Of a stretch of DNA of 64,000 nucleotides, positions 36,985-46,629 are shown piece by piece (the stretch's first letter is position 1; each line of letters opens with the position of its first letter). The notes under the pieces were generated by a model. That model was not told where the DNA came from and searched no databases. It worked only from the letters and a program-made list of their open reading frames with translations. Origin of the DNA: an uncultured Gammaproteobacteria bacterium (GTDB lineage Bacteria > Patescibacteriota > Patescibacteriia > Magasanikbacterales > GWA2-37-8). A program made the position numbers and the translations under genes. The DNA is taken from NCBI GenBank assembly GCA_964510885.1, contig CAZEDL010000001.1, positions 129,310 to 193,309 of the forward strand. The letters are read 5' to 3'.

Positions 36985-38466
36985 TTAGCCAAGTTTGGTA
37001 ATCGCCACCCTAATTCTACGCAGTGTTTCATCTTTTCCGAGCACTTCCGCGATCTCGAATGGGCCGGGCGAATTCTGCTGCCCCGACAAAGCCACCCGAA
37101 GCGGCCAGAGCACAGTGCCAGCCGAATACCCTTTTGAAGTAAGCCAATCTTTAATCCCGGTTTCAAGCGCCGTCTTCTCCCAATTAAATGACGCCTCAGT
37201 AAAATAATCTAAAATCTCAGTCAAATTACGCTTGGCTTCTTCGGCTGTACTTTTTTTCCAGACAAGCATGGTTCCATCATAATTTGGAAGCTCGAAAATA
37301 AAGGTGATTGCTGCCGGCAATTCTGCCAACGTGGTTACCCGATCTTTCTCTAACGCTACCGCCTTTGTTACCGCCATAGCGTCAGTAGCAGCGATAGTAA
37401 CAGTTTCAAAAAAAGGTTGTGCCAAATGAGCCACTTCTTCAGGCGTCTTTTTCTTCAAATACTCACGGTTGTACCAATCAAGCTTCTCATGATTAAACAC
37501 TGCTCCAGCTTTATGGATCTGTTCCATCTTAAAATCTTTGACTAATTCCGGCAACGAAAATAATTCCCGTTCATCGCCAGGATTCCAACCCAAAAAAGCT
37601 ACAAAGTTAACCAACGCTTCGGGTAAATAGCCTTTAGTTTGATAATCAGATACTGCCACATCGCCCTGACGCTTGCTGAGCTTTGATTTGTCCGGATTTA
37701 ACAAGAGTGACAAATGGGCAAATTGCGGCGCTTCCCAACCAAACATCTTGTACAACGTCAAATGCTTTGGCGTGCTGCTTACCCACTCTTCGCCGCGCAC
37801 CACATGGGTAATCTGCATCAGGTGATCATCCACCACCACCGCAAAATGATAAGTCGGAAAGCCGTCCGATTTAAGAAGCACCTGATCATCAATCAACTCA
37901 TTTTTAAACCTGACTTCGCCTCGAATCAAATCGGTGAATACGATTTCGCCGCTATCCGGCATCTTCATCCGCACTACATGCTTCTCCCCTGCCTGCACCC
38001 GGCCAACCGCTTCTTCACCAGACAGTTTGGCGCACAGGCCATCATACAAAGTTGGCAGTTTAAGTTCTTGTTGGCGCGCACGCATCGCATCTAATCTTTC
38101 GGCCGTACAAAAACAATAGTAGGCATCACCCTTATCAAGAAGTACTTTGATATATTCCTGATAAATTTCGAGGCGCTCTGATTGAATGTATGGGCCGCAG
38201 ACTCCACTTTGCGTCACCGAACTTTCCCCCGGAACTGAGATAGTATCAAGCGTTACCCCTTCATCAGGAAAAATCCCCGCCCAATACAGTGATTTCAAAA
38301 TATTCACCGTACCATCGGCCACGTAGCGCTCGCGATCGGTATCTTCGATACGCAGCAAAAACTGGCCGCCGTTTTGTTTGGCGAGTAAATAAGAATAGAG
38401 GGCCGTGCGCAGACCACCAACATGCAGATAACCAGTCGGACTAGGAGCAAAACGGGTACGAATCAT
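36985..38466 (-). CDS. gltX: Glutamyl-tRNA synthetase
   Basis: RFAPSPTGYLHVGGLRTAL (HIGH-type), KLSKRQG (KMSKS), and a C-terminal anticodon-binding domain. Confidence 0.9.
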   Translation of the reverse strand: MIRTRFAPSPTGYLHVGGLRTALYSYLLAKQNGGQFLLRIEDTDRERYVADGTVNILKSLYWAGIFPDEGVTLDTISVPGESSVTQSGVCGPYIQSERLEIYQEYIKVLLDKGDAYYCFCTAERLDAMRARQQELKLPTLYDGLCAKLSGEEAVGRVQAGEKHVVRMKMPDSGEIVFTDLIRGEVRFKNELIDDQVLLKSDGFPTYHFAVVVDDHLMQITHVVRGEEWVSSTPKHLTLYKMFGWEAPQFAHLSLLLNPDKSKLSKRQGDVAVSDYQTKGYLPEALVNFVAFLGWNPGDERELFSLPELVKDFKMEQIHKAGAVFNHEKLDWYNREYLKKKTPEEVAHLAQPFFETVTIAATDAMAVTKAVALEKDRVTTLAELPAAITFIFELPNYDGTMLVWKKSTAEEAKRNLTEILDYFTEASFNWEKTALETGIKDWLTSKGYSAGTVLWPLRVALSGQQNSPGPFEIAEVLGKDETLRRIRVAITKLG

Positions 38467-38478
38467 AATTAAACAAGA

Positions 38479-39264
38479 TTACTTAGTGAGGTTCAGAAAT
38501 GGCACTGGCCCAGTCATATACTGGGGCAAATGACCATCCCATTTTTTCACCGCTTCAAGCTCTACAAGGCCAGTGCTACCGCGCAACGCCTCTGCCTGAA
38601 TCCTAATCGCTTCTGCTTCGGCTTTTGATTGCACGATGCGCTGTTCGGCTTCGTATTTAACTTGTTCTAATTTATTTTTAGAGGCCAACGCCTGTTGCTC
38701 GGCAGTTACCTTAGCTTCGATTGCTTCATTGAATGATTCAGAAAAATCAAAACTCACGATATTCACTTCTACGACTTGAATAAAATTTTTACTGAGCCGT
38801 TCCGCCAAGTTCAGTTTCATGTCGGTTTTTACTTGTTCGCGTTTGGTAATTAATTCTTCAGCCGTATACTTGGCCGTAGCTGCTTTAATAGATTCTTGCA
38901 GTGCCGGCGAGAGCAAGCGATCTTCATAATCCAGAGCCACTTGCTTGTAAAGCTCATCTACCTTAGATGCTTCCAGCTGAAAATTTAAGGCAATCTTGGC
39001 CGATACTGTCTGTAAATCTTTACTCGCCGCACTCGCTTGCACCTCTACTTTCAAAATCCGGACATCCACATCTTTCACCGATTCAATGAGCGGCATCTTG
39101 AAGTGCAACCCTTCATCCAACACTCGATTTACCGAGCCGAGGCGTATCACAATCCCCCGCGTACCAGGGCTTATAATAGTCCATGAGCCAAAAATTAACA
39201 CCAACACCACGGCACAAATAAATAATACCGAAACGACTGCACCAACCCCTGTTTTTTCAGCCAT
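38479..39264 (-). CDS. SPFH/band-7 (prohibitin/HflC-like) membrane protein
   Basis: N-terminal TM segment, SPFH core (GTRGIVIRLGSVNRVLDEGLHFKMPLIESV), then a coiled coil. Start set to the ATG at 39264, giving an N-terminal TM segment and avoiding overlap with the upstream gene. Confidence 0.7.
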   Translation of the reverse strand: MAEKTGVGAVVSVLFICAVVLVLIFGSWTIISPGTRGIVIRLGSVNRVLDEGLHFKMPLIESVKDVDVRILKVEVQASAASKDLQTVSAKIALNFQLEASKVDELYKQVALDYEDRLLSPALQESIKAATAKYTAEELITKREQVKTDMKLNLAERLSKNFIQVVEVNIVSFDFSESFNEAIEAKVTAEQQALASKNKLEQVKYEAEQRIVQSKAEAEAIRIQAEALRGSTGLVELEAVKKWDGHLPQYMTGPVPFLNLTK

Positions 39265-39274
39265 ATTTCTATAA

Positions 39275-40048
39275 TTAACCCTTAATAAGATAGTATAAAA
39301 AAGTGATTGTAGCATTACCAATCCGGGAAATTCTACTTGGCTCTCGCCACAAACGATATAACCATTCTAATCCAAGCCCACGCATCAGTAAAGGCGCGCG
39401 AGGCACCTGGCCGGAAATAAAATCAAGCGCCCCTCCTACACCCATGCCAATTTTAATCCCAGCTAGATTGGTCCTATTTTCATAGAGCCATTTTTCCTGC
39501 TTCCCCATTCCAAAAGCGACAAACAGGATATCGGCCTTGGCGGCCCTAATTTTATTCAAAAGATTGGCCTGTTCCCCAGGGTCAATTAGCAATCTTTCAT
39601 TGCTAAATCGGTGAATTGTTAAATTGTTAGTAACTAGTCTTTGTTCCTTAATCACCGGCCCCCTATCCACGCCCACAATCCGGAGCTTCGGAAACTGACG
39701 TAATAATTCTGCTTTTGTTTTATCAAGCACTTCATCACTGCCTGACCCAAGCAAAAAAATATTTTTTCCGGTTTCTTCTGCCACTTGGCACAGCTCAATC
39801 ATAAAATCAACTCCGGGTATCCGCTCTAATCGTTCGCGTCCTGCCAGCTGCAACCCTTTCCCATCGCACAGATTCACATCTCCACTATTCAACACTATTC
39901 TAAAATAACTATCTGTCTGCGCTTTCACTACCATTTCGGGATTAGGGGTAAAGAAGAGAGTACATTTTTCTCCATTCAAAAAATTCCGAGCTGCGGCCAG
40001 TGCCTGATCTTTTGTAACCTGATCTACTCTGACACCTAAGATTTCCAT
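39275..40048 (-). CDS. tagA: WecB/TagA/CpsF (GT26) family glycosyltransferase
   Basis: MEILGVRVDQVT at the N-terminus, LLGSGSDEV, and the C-terminal FVAFGMGKQEKW. Start set to the ATG at 40048; the track's upstream extension overlaps thpR. Confidence 0.7.
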   Translation of the reverse strand: MEILGVRVDQVTKDQALAAARNFLNGEKCTLFFTPNPEMVVKAQTDSYFRIVLNSGDVNLCDGKGLQLAGRERLERIPGVDFMIELCQVAEETGKNIFLLGSGSDEVLDKTKAELLRQFPKLRIVGVDRGPVIKEQRLVTNNLTIHRFSNERLLIDPGEQANLLNKIRAAKADILFVAFGMGKQEKWLYENRTNLAGIKIGMGVGGALDFISGQVPRAPLLMRGLGLEWLYRLWREPSRISRIGNATITFLYYLIKG

Positions 40049-40049
40049 A

Positions 40050-40604
40050 TTATTTAAAAGGTATTTCCTGCACCACGGTATAGTGCGCTCCCGCTCGGGC
40101 AAGTTCGCTTCGCAAAATAGCAATCTTGCCCACCTTCCATTCGAGTGGCCTGACGGCATCATTTGGGAACACGAACGGCTCCGGATGCGTGCAAGGCTTA
40201 ACTCGTCCCAGGGTAATATGCGGTTGCCAAGGCAACTCCGGCATCTTAAACCCAAGCGCGGCGAGAGCGTGATTCAAGAGGGCTTCTAATTCCCGGGCAC
40301 GATACTCGACTTCTTCTGCCCGCATGAAGACTGTGCGAGGATCAGCCACGGTTCCAAAAATTCCCAGTTCGCCAAGTTTCATCTCAAATGGCCTGATTTG
40401 GCTTGCTACACTAGCCACTGTCACTTTCAGGGTTTCAAGCTCGGCAGATTCAATCTCACCCAAAAAATGCAGAGTAATATGAAAGTTAGCTCCCGACACC
40501 CAATTAATCGGTACATCAGGATTAGCTAAGGCCGCTTTTTGAGCGACTTCTGACAGATATTGTTGTACCAGTGGAGGTACTGGCAAAGCCGTAAAAATAC
40601 GCAT
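40050..40604 (-). CDS. thpR: RNA 2',3'-cyclic phosphodiesterase ThpR/LigT (2H phosphoesterase)
   Basis: Two H-x-T-x motifs (HITLHFLG and HITLGRV) in a 184-aa protein. Confidence 0.75.
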   Translation of the reverse strand: MRIFTALPVPPLVQQYLSEVAQKAALANPDVPINWVSGANFHITLHFLGEIESAELETLKVTVASVASQIRPFEMKLGELGIFGTVADPRTVFMRAEEVEYRARELEALLNHALAALGFKMPELPWQPHITLGRVKPCTHPEPFVFPNDAVRPLEWKVGKIAILRSELARAGAHYTVVQEIPFK

Positions 40605-40627
40605 AACAAAGCCAGTATATCACCTAT

Positions 40628-40656
40628 TTGACAAATTGTTCAACCCTCGATATACT
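40628..40656 (+). promoter_or_regulatory. Sigma70 promoter of clpB
   Basis: TTGACA (40628-33), a 17-nt spacer, then TATACT (40651-56). Confidence 0.6.
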
Positions 40657-40660
40657 GATT

Positions 40661-40687
40661 TTATCACTCTAATATATAGAGTGATAA
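40661..40687 (+). promoter_or_regulatory. CIRCE-like inverted repeat (HrcA-type operator) overlapping the clpB transcription start
   Basis: TTATCACTC-N9-GAGTGATAA versus the CIRCE consensus TTAGCACTC-N9-GAGTGCTAA. Both arms are 8/9, the 9-nt spacer is exact, and the arms are perfectly complementary to each other. Confidence 0.55.
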
Positions 40688-40700
40688 ATATTCTTACCCT

Positions 40701-43334
40701 ATGAATTTAGAGAAATTTACTACCAAATCAGTGGAAGCGCTTCACGCGGCCGGCAGAATCGCTCGGGAAAATGGCCAGGCTCATATTGACCCACCTCATT
40801 TATTTTTAGCCTTTCTATTAGATCCGGAGAGTATCGTAATTTCGATCTTAGCCAAGGCGAATGTAAATTTGCAGAACGCTATTTACCAAATGAAAGTTTT
40901 AATCAGTCACTTGCCGAAACAAGGCGATATTAATTCGTATCCAAGCGGGCAAATAATCCTTGACTCGCCATTGGTAGCGTTATTGGAACAATCAGTCGCT
41001 GAAGCTAGAGACATGAACAGCGAATATGTAAGTGTAGAGCATATCTTATTGGCTTTTTTTGTTGATAAAAATGATGTCAGTAACGCTTTTAGCGTTGAAA
41101 ATGTTACCTTTGGGGTGATACAAAAAATTCTTGTAGAAATGAAGGGCTCTTCAGAATTCACGGACTCATTTTCGGGTGAAAAAAAATATGCCATGCTTGA
41201 AAAATTCGGCAAAAACCTGACGGAACTCGCGCGCAAAGAAAAAATTGATCCGGTGATTGGCCGCGATGACGAAATCCGACGGGTAATGCAGATTCTGAGC
41301 CGGCGGACCAAAAATAACCCGGTTCTGATCGGCGAACCAGGTACCGGTAAAACGGCTGTAGTGGAAGGGTTGGCCCAGCGTATTGTAAATGGTGACGTCC
41401 CAGAATCGCTTAAGAATAAAGACATTTTCGCGCTTGATATTGGTTCGCTGGTAGCCGGCACTAAATTTCGTGGCGAGTTTGAAGATCGGCTAAAAGGTAT
41501 TTTAAAAGAAATTTATGGAGCCGAAGGTAAAATTATCTTGTTTATCGACGAACTTCATACGATTGTGGGAGCCGGATCAACTGAAGGCTCGGTTGACACT
41601 TCCAATATGTTGAAACCAGCACTCGCCCGCGGTGAGCTCCATACCATTGGTGCCACTACCCTCAAAGAATATCAAAAATATATTGAAAAAGATGCGGCTC
41701 TCGAACGCCGTTTTCAACCAGTTATTATTAACGAACCTACCGAAGATGATACGGTCGCGATCTTGCGCGGTATCAAAGAAAAATATGAAGTCCATCATGG
41801 GGTACGCATTACTGATAATGCCCTGGTTAGTGCAGTAAAACTCTCCGAACGCTATATTACCGATCGCTTTTTACCAGACAAAGCCGTTGACCTCATCGAT
41901 GAAGCCGCCTCGGCCCTACGCCTCCAGATGGATTCGATGCCGGAAGAACTGGACAAGATGAAACGTTCGATCGTGAAACTTGAAATTGAGAAACGCGCCT
42001 TGCATAACGAGACCGATACTGAATCAAAAGAACGCTTAGCCAAAGTAGAAAGAGAACTGGCAGACATTCATGAACGTAGTAACGAATTTGAAGCTAAATG
42101 GAAAAATGAAAAAGAAATTATTACGCGCATTCAGGATTTTAAAAAAGAAATCGACCAACTTCGCCAACAATCTGAAATTGAAGAGCGGCAAGGTAATTTA
42201 CAAAAAGTTGCCGAAATTCGCTATGGCGCTATCCCCACTTTGGAAAAATCTATTCAAAAAGATGAAAAAAAACTGGCCGAACTGCAACAAAGCCGGGGCT
42301 TATTAAAAGAAGAAGTGAGCGAAGAGGATGTCGCCGGGGTCGTCGCGCGCTGGACCGGTATTCCCGTTAAAAAAATGCTTCAAAGCGAGATGGGTAAACT
42401 GGCCCACATGGAAGAAGTCTTAAAACAAAAAGTTATCGGCCAAGACGAAGCTATTAGGGCAGTGGCTAATGCTATCCGCCGCTCACGCGCGGGAATTTCG
42501 GAAAAAAATCGCCCCATTGGATCGTTTATCTTTATGGGTCCCACGGGAGTTGGTAAAACTGAACTGGCTAAGACGCTGGCGGAATTTATGTTTGATACCG
42601 AAGAAGCCTTAGTCCGTTTGGATATGAGCGAATACATGGAAAAACATAGCGTATCTAAAATTATCGGCTCACCACCTGGTTATATCGGCTATGAAGAAGG
42701 CGGCCAACTTACCGAAATCGTGCGTCGCCGTCCGTATGCCGTCATTCTCCTCGATGAAATCGAAAAAGCGCATCCCGATGTATTTAATTTACTACTCCAA
42801 GTACTTGATGATGGCCGGGTAACGGATGCCAAAGGACGCCTGGTTAATTTCAAAAATACCGTTATTATCATGACCAGTAATATTGGCAGTCGCACCATCT
42901 TGGAATTCAAAAAACGAGGCAGTTTTGGGTTTGAACAGGACCACAGTCAAAAGAAAAAAGATGAACGAGAGATTAAAGAAAAAGTTATGGCTGCTCTACA
43001 GGATCATTTTAAGCCCGAATTTTTAAACCGGTTAGATGAAATTATTATTTTCCATTCTCTTGGCGAAGCCAATATTGAACGAATTGTCGACTTACAATTG
43101 GCCGCAGTGCAAACACGATTAAATGAGAAAAAAATAATACTCTCTCTGGACGCTTCTGCTAAAAAATATATTGCTCAAACCGGCTTTAACAGCGATTATG
43201 GCGCTCGCCCAATCAAACGCCTGATCCAACAGGAAATTCTTGACAATCTAGCCATAAAAATCATTGACGGTACTATTACAGAAGGGCAAACCGTGAGCGT
43301 CAGCCTCGAAAAAGATACACTAAAAATAGTCTAA
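40701..43334 (+). CDS. clpB: ATP-dependent disaggregase ClpB
   Basis: Clp-N repeats, AAA-1 (GEPGTGKTA), coiled-coil M-domain, AAA-2 (GPTGVGKTE) and the sensor-2 GARPIKR. Confidence 0.9.
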   Translation: MNLEKFTTKSVEALHAAGRIARENGQAHIDPPHLFLAFLLDPESIVISILAKANVNLQNAIYQMKVLISHLPKQGDINSYPSGQIILDSPLVALLEQSVAEARDMNSEYVSVEHILLAFFVDKNDVSNAFSVENVTFGVIQKILVEMKGSSEFTDSFSGEKKYAMLEKFGKNLTELARKEKIDPVIGRDDEIRRVMQILSRRTKNNPVLIGEPGTGKTAVVEGLAQRIVNGDVPESLKNKDIFALDIGSLVAGTKFRGEFEDRLKGILKEIYGAEGKIILFIDELHTIVGAGSTEGSVDTSNMLKPALARGELHTIGATTLKEYQKYIEKDAALERRFQPVIINEPTEDDTVAILRGIKEKYEVHHGVRITDNALVSAVKLSERYITDRFLPDKAVDLIDEAASALRLQMDSMPEELDKMKRSIVKLEIEKRALHNETDTESKERLAKVERELADIHERSNEFEAKWKNEKEIITRIQDFKKEIDQLRQQSEIEERQGNLQKVAEIRYGAIPTLEKSIQKDEKKLAELQQSRGLLKEEVSEEDVAGVVARWTGIPVKKMLQSEMGKLAHMEEVLKQKVIGQDEAIRAVANAIRRSRAGISEKNRPIGSFIFMGPTGVGKTELAKTLAEFMFDTEEALVRLDMSEYMEKHSVSKIIGSPPGYIGYEEGGQLTEIVRRRPYAVILLDEIEKAHPDVFNLLLQVLDDGRVTDAKGRLVNFKNTVIIMTSNIGSRTILEFKKRGSFGFEQDHSQKKKDEREIKEKVMAALQDHFKPEFLNRLDEIIIFHSLGEANIERIVDLQLAAVQTRLNEKKIILSLDASAKKYIAQTGFNSDYGARPIKRLIQQEILDNLAIKIIDGTITEGQTVSVSLEKDTLKIV

Positions 43335-43365
43335 GCATTGCTTAGAACCATCTATCTACTTAGCA

Positions 43366-43395
43366 AAAACCTGGCACCCTCTGTCAGGTTTTTTG
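43366..43395 (+). terminator. Intrinsic terminator after clpB
   Basis: AAACCTGGCA-ccctc-TGTCAGGTTTTTT. Confidence 0.65.
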
Positions 43396-43468
43396 CTTTT
43401 ATTATTACTATATATATGCTATGCTTAGAGCAAGTCATCAGAGGAGATGTTGCTCGTAATTTTGTAGT

Positions 43469-45694
43469 ATGTCTTCATTCCAAAAAATTTTTGCCAGCCT
43501 GCTTCTAGCCAGCCTATTTGTTCCGCTGGCCGCTGGCGCAGTATCTAGTGCCGATTTTAATCCTAATTTTATTATTTCTGATGCTGAGCTGCAGGATTAT
43601 AACAGCTGGACCAAAGGCGATATTCAAGATTTTTTAACCAGCAAAGGCAGTTATTTGCGTCAATATCAGGCAGCAGATGTAAACGGAACTCAAAAAACAG
43701 CGGCCGAAATCATATACGACTCCGCTCAGACCCACCAAATCAACCCCAAATACCTGCTCGTCACCCTCCAAAAAGAACAAAGTTTAATTACTGATGACAC
43801 TCCCACTGCCCGCCAGCTTGACTGGGCAACAGGCTACGCCGTCTGCGACAGCTGCTCCAAAGATGACCCAAAAGTTGCCAAGCATAAAGGGTTTGGCAAA
43901 CAGGTCGATGCCGGCGCCGGCATTATGCGTTGGTACTATGATAATAAAGATACGCATCCAGTGGTGTTAAAAAAAGATGTTCCGATTAAAATTGACAATA
44001 AACCCGTAACCCCCGGCAGTTGGGCCACTGCCTTTCTTTACACCTACACCCCGCACGAACATGGCAACCTAAATTTTTGGCGCATCTGGAACACCTGGTT
44101 CGAACAAGTCTATCCCGATGGCTCACTGCTCAAATCAGCCAGCAGCTCCGAAATCTGGCTAATCAAAGACGGTCTGCGCCGCAAATTCGCGAACCAATCC
44201 GCCCTTATCACCCGCGCCGATCCAAAACTCGTAATCACCGTGCCAGATATTGAGTTGCAAAATTACCAGCTTGGGCGAGATATTAGCCTGCCGAACTACT
44301 CTGTGCTCCGGGCCGCAAATTCAGGCATGTTCTATTTGCTTGACTATGACACAGTCCGCCCTTTTGCATCCGAAGCAGTGGTGCGCAAATTTGGCTATAA
44401 CCCGCAAGAAATTATCGACGTCAGCGACTCTGATCTATCTACCTATTCTATTGGTTCTATCATCAATACCAGTAGCACTGCCCCAGCCGGGATTATTTAC
44501 CAAATAACCGATTTAAATGATGCCTACTACCTCCTAAAAGATAATACTATCTACCCGCTCGTGGATCGCAAAGTAGCCAGCGTGGTCTACAAACATCTAG
44601 CCCTTGAAAAACATACCAAACAAGATATTGCCGCCTATCCGGTAGCCGACCTGCCCATTTCCTTCCCCGATGGCACCTTACTCAAATCAGCTGATAGCAA
44701 CACCATTTACGTCTTAGAAAAAGGCAAAAAACGTCGCCTGGCGGATGATGACACCTTCACCGGTCTTGGCTATAAAAAAGAAAATATCGTGACCGTCAAC
44801 CTGTTATCCCTACTCACTATTCCAAGCGGGCAAGCTCTGTTCCTCAACAGCAGCCTCTTATCGTCTAAAAATAAATTTTTGGGCGACAGCGAATCCGCAA
44901 TTCCAGATTTGTTCAGCACCAAGCTCCCCAGCTACCTTGTAGCCGAATACCCCTCCGGGCGTTTGCTAAGTGGAAAAAATATTGATTCACAGCGTTCAAT
45001 CGCCTCTTTCACCAAACTTATCACAGCCTATGAAGCCCTGCATGGCGAATATAAAAGAGATAAAACTGCCAAATATTCCGCCAAAAAATACAAAGGCTAT
45101 GATAATAAAATCGGCTTCAAAGAGAATGAGCAGCTTAAAAATGTAGATCTCTTAAACACCCTTCTGGTAGGCTCAATCAACAGTACCGCCGGCTTATTGG
45201 CTGAGGCAGCAGGACTCACCGAAGAGGGTCTAGTTCAAAAAATGAACGACCGTCTTAGCGAATGGGGAGCCGACAATACCACACTGTCAGATGTTAGTGG
45301 TCTTGATGCTAATAATAAATCCACGCCACGCGATCTGCTAAAAATCTTTACCAAAGTCCTAGCTGACTCGACCCTGAACCCTATCCTCAAAAAAACTACC
45401 TACACCTTCAGTGGTATCGCCAATAAAAAAGTAATCAAACATGAAGTCAAAAATACAAACCAGCTCTACTTTGCCACCGGCAAAAAACCAGCCTATACTA
45501 TCCTGGCGAGTAAAACTGGCTACACTGAAGAGGCAGGCAGTGTGCTAATGATGCTGATTGAAGGGGATAAAGACAAAAAACGCTATATAGTTATCACCAT
45601 GGGCAACCCTGACTATACCCGGCGGTTTGAAGAACCAGCTCGGTTGGCAGATTTCGTAGTAAGTGATAAATTCATCATAACGAACAATAAGTAA
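43469..45694 (+). CDS. Secreted protein with C-terminal D-Ala-D-Ala carboxypeptidase (S11, low-molecular-weight PBP) domain and a ~470-aa N-terminal extension
   Basis: Signal peptide. The C-terminal domain carries SIASFTKLITAYE (SxxK), GSINSTAG (SxN) and KTGYTEEAG (KTG). Confidence 0.7.
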   Translation: MSSFQKIFASLLLASLFVPLAAGAVSSADFNPNFIISDAELQDYNSWTKGDIQDFLTSKGSYLRQYQAADVNGTQKTAAEIIYDSAQTHQINPKYLLVTLQKEQSLITDDTPTARQLDWATGYAVCDSCSKDDPKVAKHKGFGKQVDAGAGIMRWYYDNKDTHPVVLKKDVPIKIDNKPVTPGSWATAFLYTYTPHEHGNLNFWRIWNTWFEQVYPDGSLLKSASSSEIWLIKDGLRRKFANQSALITRADPKLVITVPDIELQNYQLGRDISLPNYSVLRAANSGMFYLLDYDTVRPFASEAVVRKFGYNPQEIIDVSDSDLSTYSIGSIINTSSTAPAGIIYQITDLNDAYYLLKDNTIYPLVDRKVASVVYKHLALEKHTKQDIAAYPVADLPISFPDGTLLKSADSNTIYVLEKGKKRRLADDDTFTGLGYKKENIVTVNLLSLLTIPSGQALFLNSSLLSSKNKFLGDSESAIPDLFSTKLPSYLVAEYPSGRLLSGKNIDSQRSIASFTKLITAYEALHGEYKRDKTAKYSAKKYKGYDNKIGFKENEQLKNVDLLNTLLVGSINSTAGLLAEAAGLTEEGLVQKMNDRLSEWGADNTTLSDVSGLDANNKSTPRDLLKIFTKVLADSTLNPILKKTTYTFSGIANKKVIKHEVKNTNQLYFATGKKPAYTILASKTGYTEEAGSVLMMLIEGDKDKKRYIVITMGNPDYTRRFEEPARLADFVVSDKFIITNNK

Positions 45695-45706
45695 CCCTTT
45701 CACAAC

Positions 45707-45769
45707 TTACGCGTTATAACTTTTCCCTTTGGTAACCAAACGCATTCAGGGGAAAGTTATAACGCGTAA
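45707..45769. repeat. 21-bp near-perfect inverted repeat with 21-nt spacer
   Basis: TTACGCGTTATAACTTTTCCC ... GGGGAAAGTTATAACGCGTAA gives one G-T equivalent position. The spacer contains TTTGG-TAA-CCAAA. No following U-tract. Confidence 0.7.
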
Positions 45770-45798
45770 TTCTACACTTTATTCATTAAGTTAGCGCT

Positions 45799-46590
45799 AT
45801 GTCGCTTGTCTTTGCGGGCATTACCCCTCACCCGCCACTCTTAATCCCAAGCATAGGCAAAGAAGCTGCTAAAAAAGTGGAAAAAACCAAATTAGCCCTC
45901 GAAAAGCTGGAAGAAGATATCTACTTAGCCCATCCTGATGTAATTATTATTTTCTCCCCGCACAGCAACCTGCTTAAAGAAGCCTTTACGCTCAACTTGT
46001 GCCCTAAATACCACAGTGATTTGCGTGAATTTGGCGACCTCAGCACACAGCTTACCTTTCCTGGTGAAATGCAGGCGCTGTCATCGCTGCGCAAAACTGC
46101 CGAGAATGCCGGCATGGCCTGCCGCCTGATTAGCGAGCCAACCATTGATCATGGTATAGCCGTGCCGCTTTTTTTCCTGACTAGACATCTTAAAAACACC
46201 CCTATCGTCCCGATTGGTTTTTGTGATGCCGAATGGAAAACGCACCTTGAATTTGGCTATCTGATCAAAGAACAAATCATGAACAGCAACAAACGCGTAG
46301 CTGTAATTGCCTCGGGTGATTTATCGCATGCACTCACAACCGATGCTCCGGCCGGATTCAACCAACGCGGCTCAGAATTTGACCGAAAAGTCCAAGATTT
46401 ATTTGCCGTCCAAAATACCACCGGATTATTACAACTTGATCCTTCGCTCGTGTCTGATGCCGCTGAGTGCGGGTTCAAAACCTTTTTAATGTTAAGTGGC
46501 GTGCTCCGGGGAGTTAACTATACCTACCAGTCATATTGTTACGAAAGCCCGTTTGGCGTCGGATATCTCACTGCCCACTTTGCCTTCTAG
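45799..46590 (+). CDS. LigB-type class III extradiol dioxygenase / MEMO1-like (AmmeMemoRadiSam system protein B-like)
   Basis: 263 aa. GITPHPPLLIP, FSPHSNL, HGIAVPLFFL, VIASGDLSH. Histidine spacing typical of the LigB/MEMO fold. Confidence 0.6.
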   Translation: MSLVFAGITPHPPLLIPSIGKEAAKKVEKTKLALEKLEEDIYLAHPDVIIIFSPHSNLLKEAFTLNLCPKYHSDLREFGDLSTQLTFPGEMQALSSLRKTAENAGMACRLISEPTIDHGIAVPLFFLTRHLKNTPIVPIGFCDAEWKTHLEFGYLIKEQIMNSNKRVAVIASGDLSHALTTDAPAGFNQRGSEFDRKVQDLFAVQNTTGLLQLDPSLVSDAAECGFKTFLMLSGVLRGVNYTYQSYCYESPFGVGYLTAHFAF

Positions 46591-46629
46591 CGTCCCCTTA
46601 AAGCGCGGGTACTTCATGTTCTTCTGCCT

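Noticed and set aside
40049-40255. Upstream extension of the TagA-like ORF
   Set aside because: It overlaps the 3-prime end of thpR by 200 nt. The conserved GT26 N-terminus starts at MEILGV (ATG 40048).
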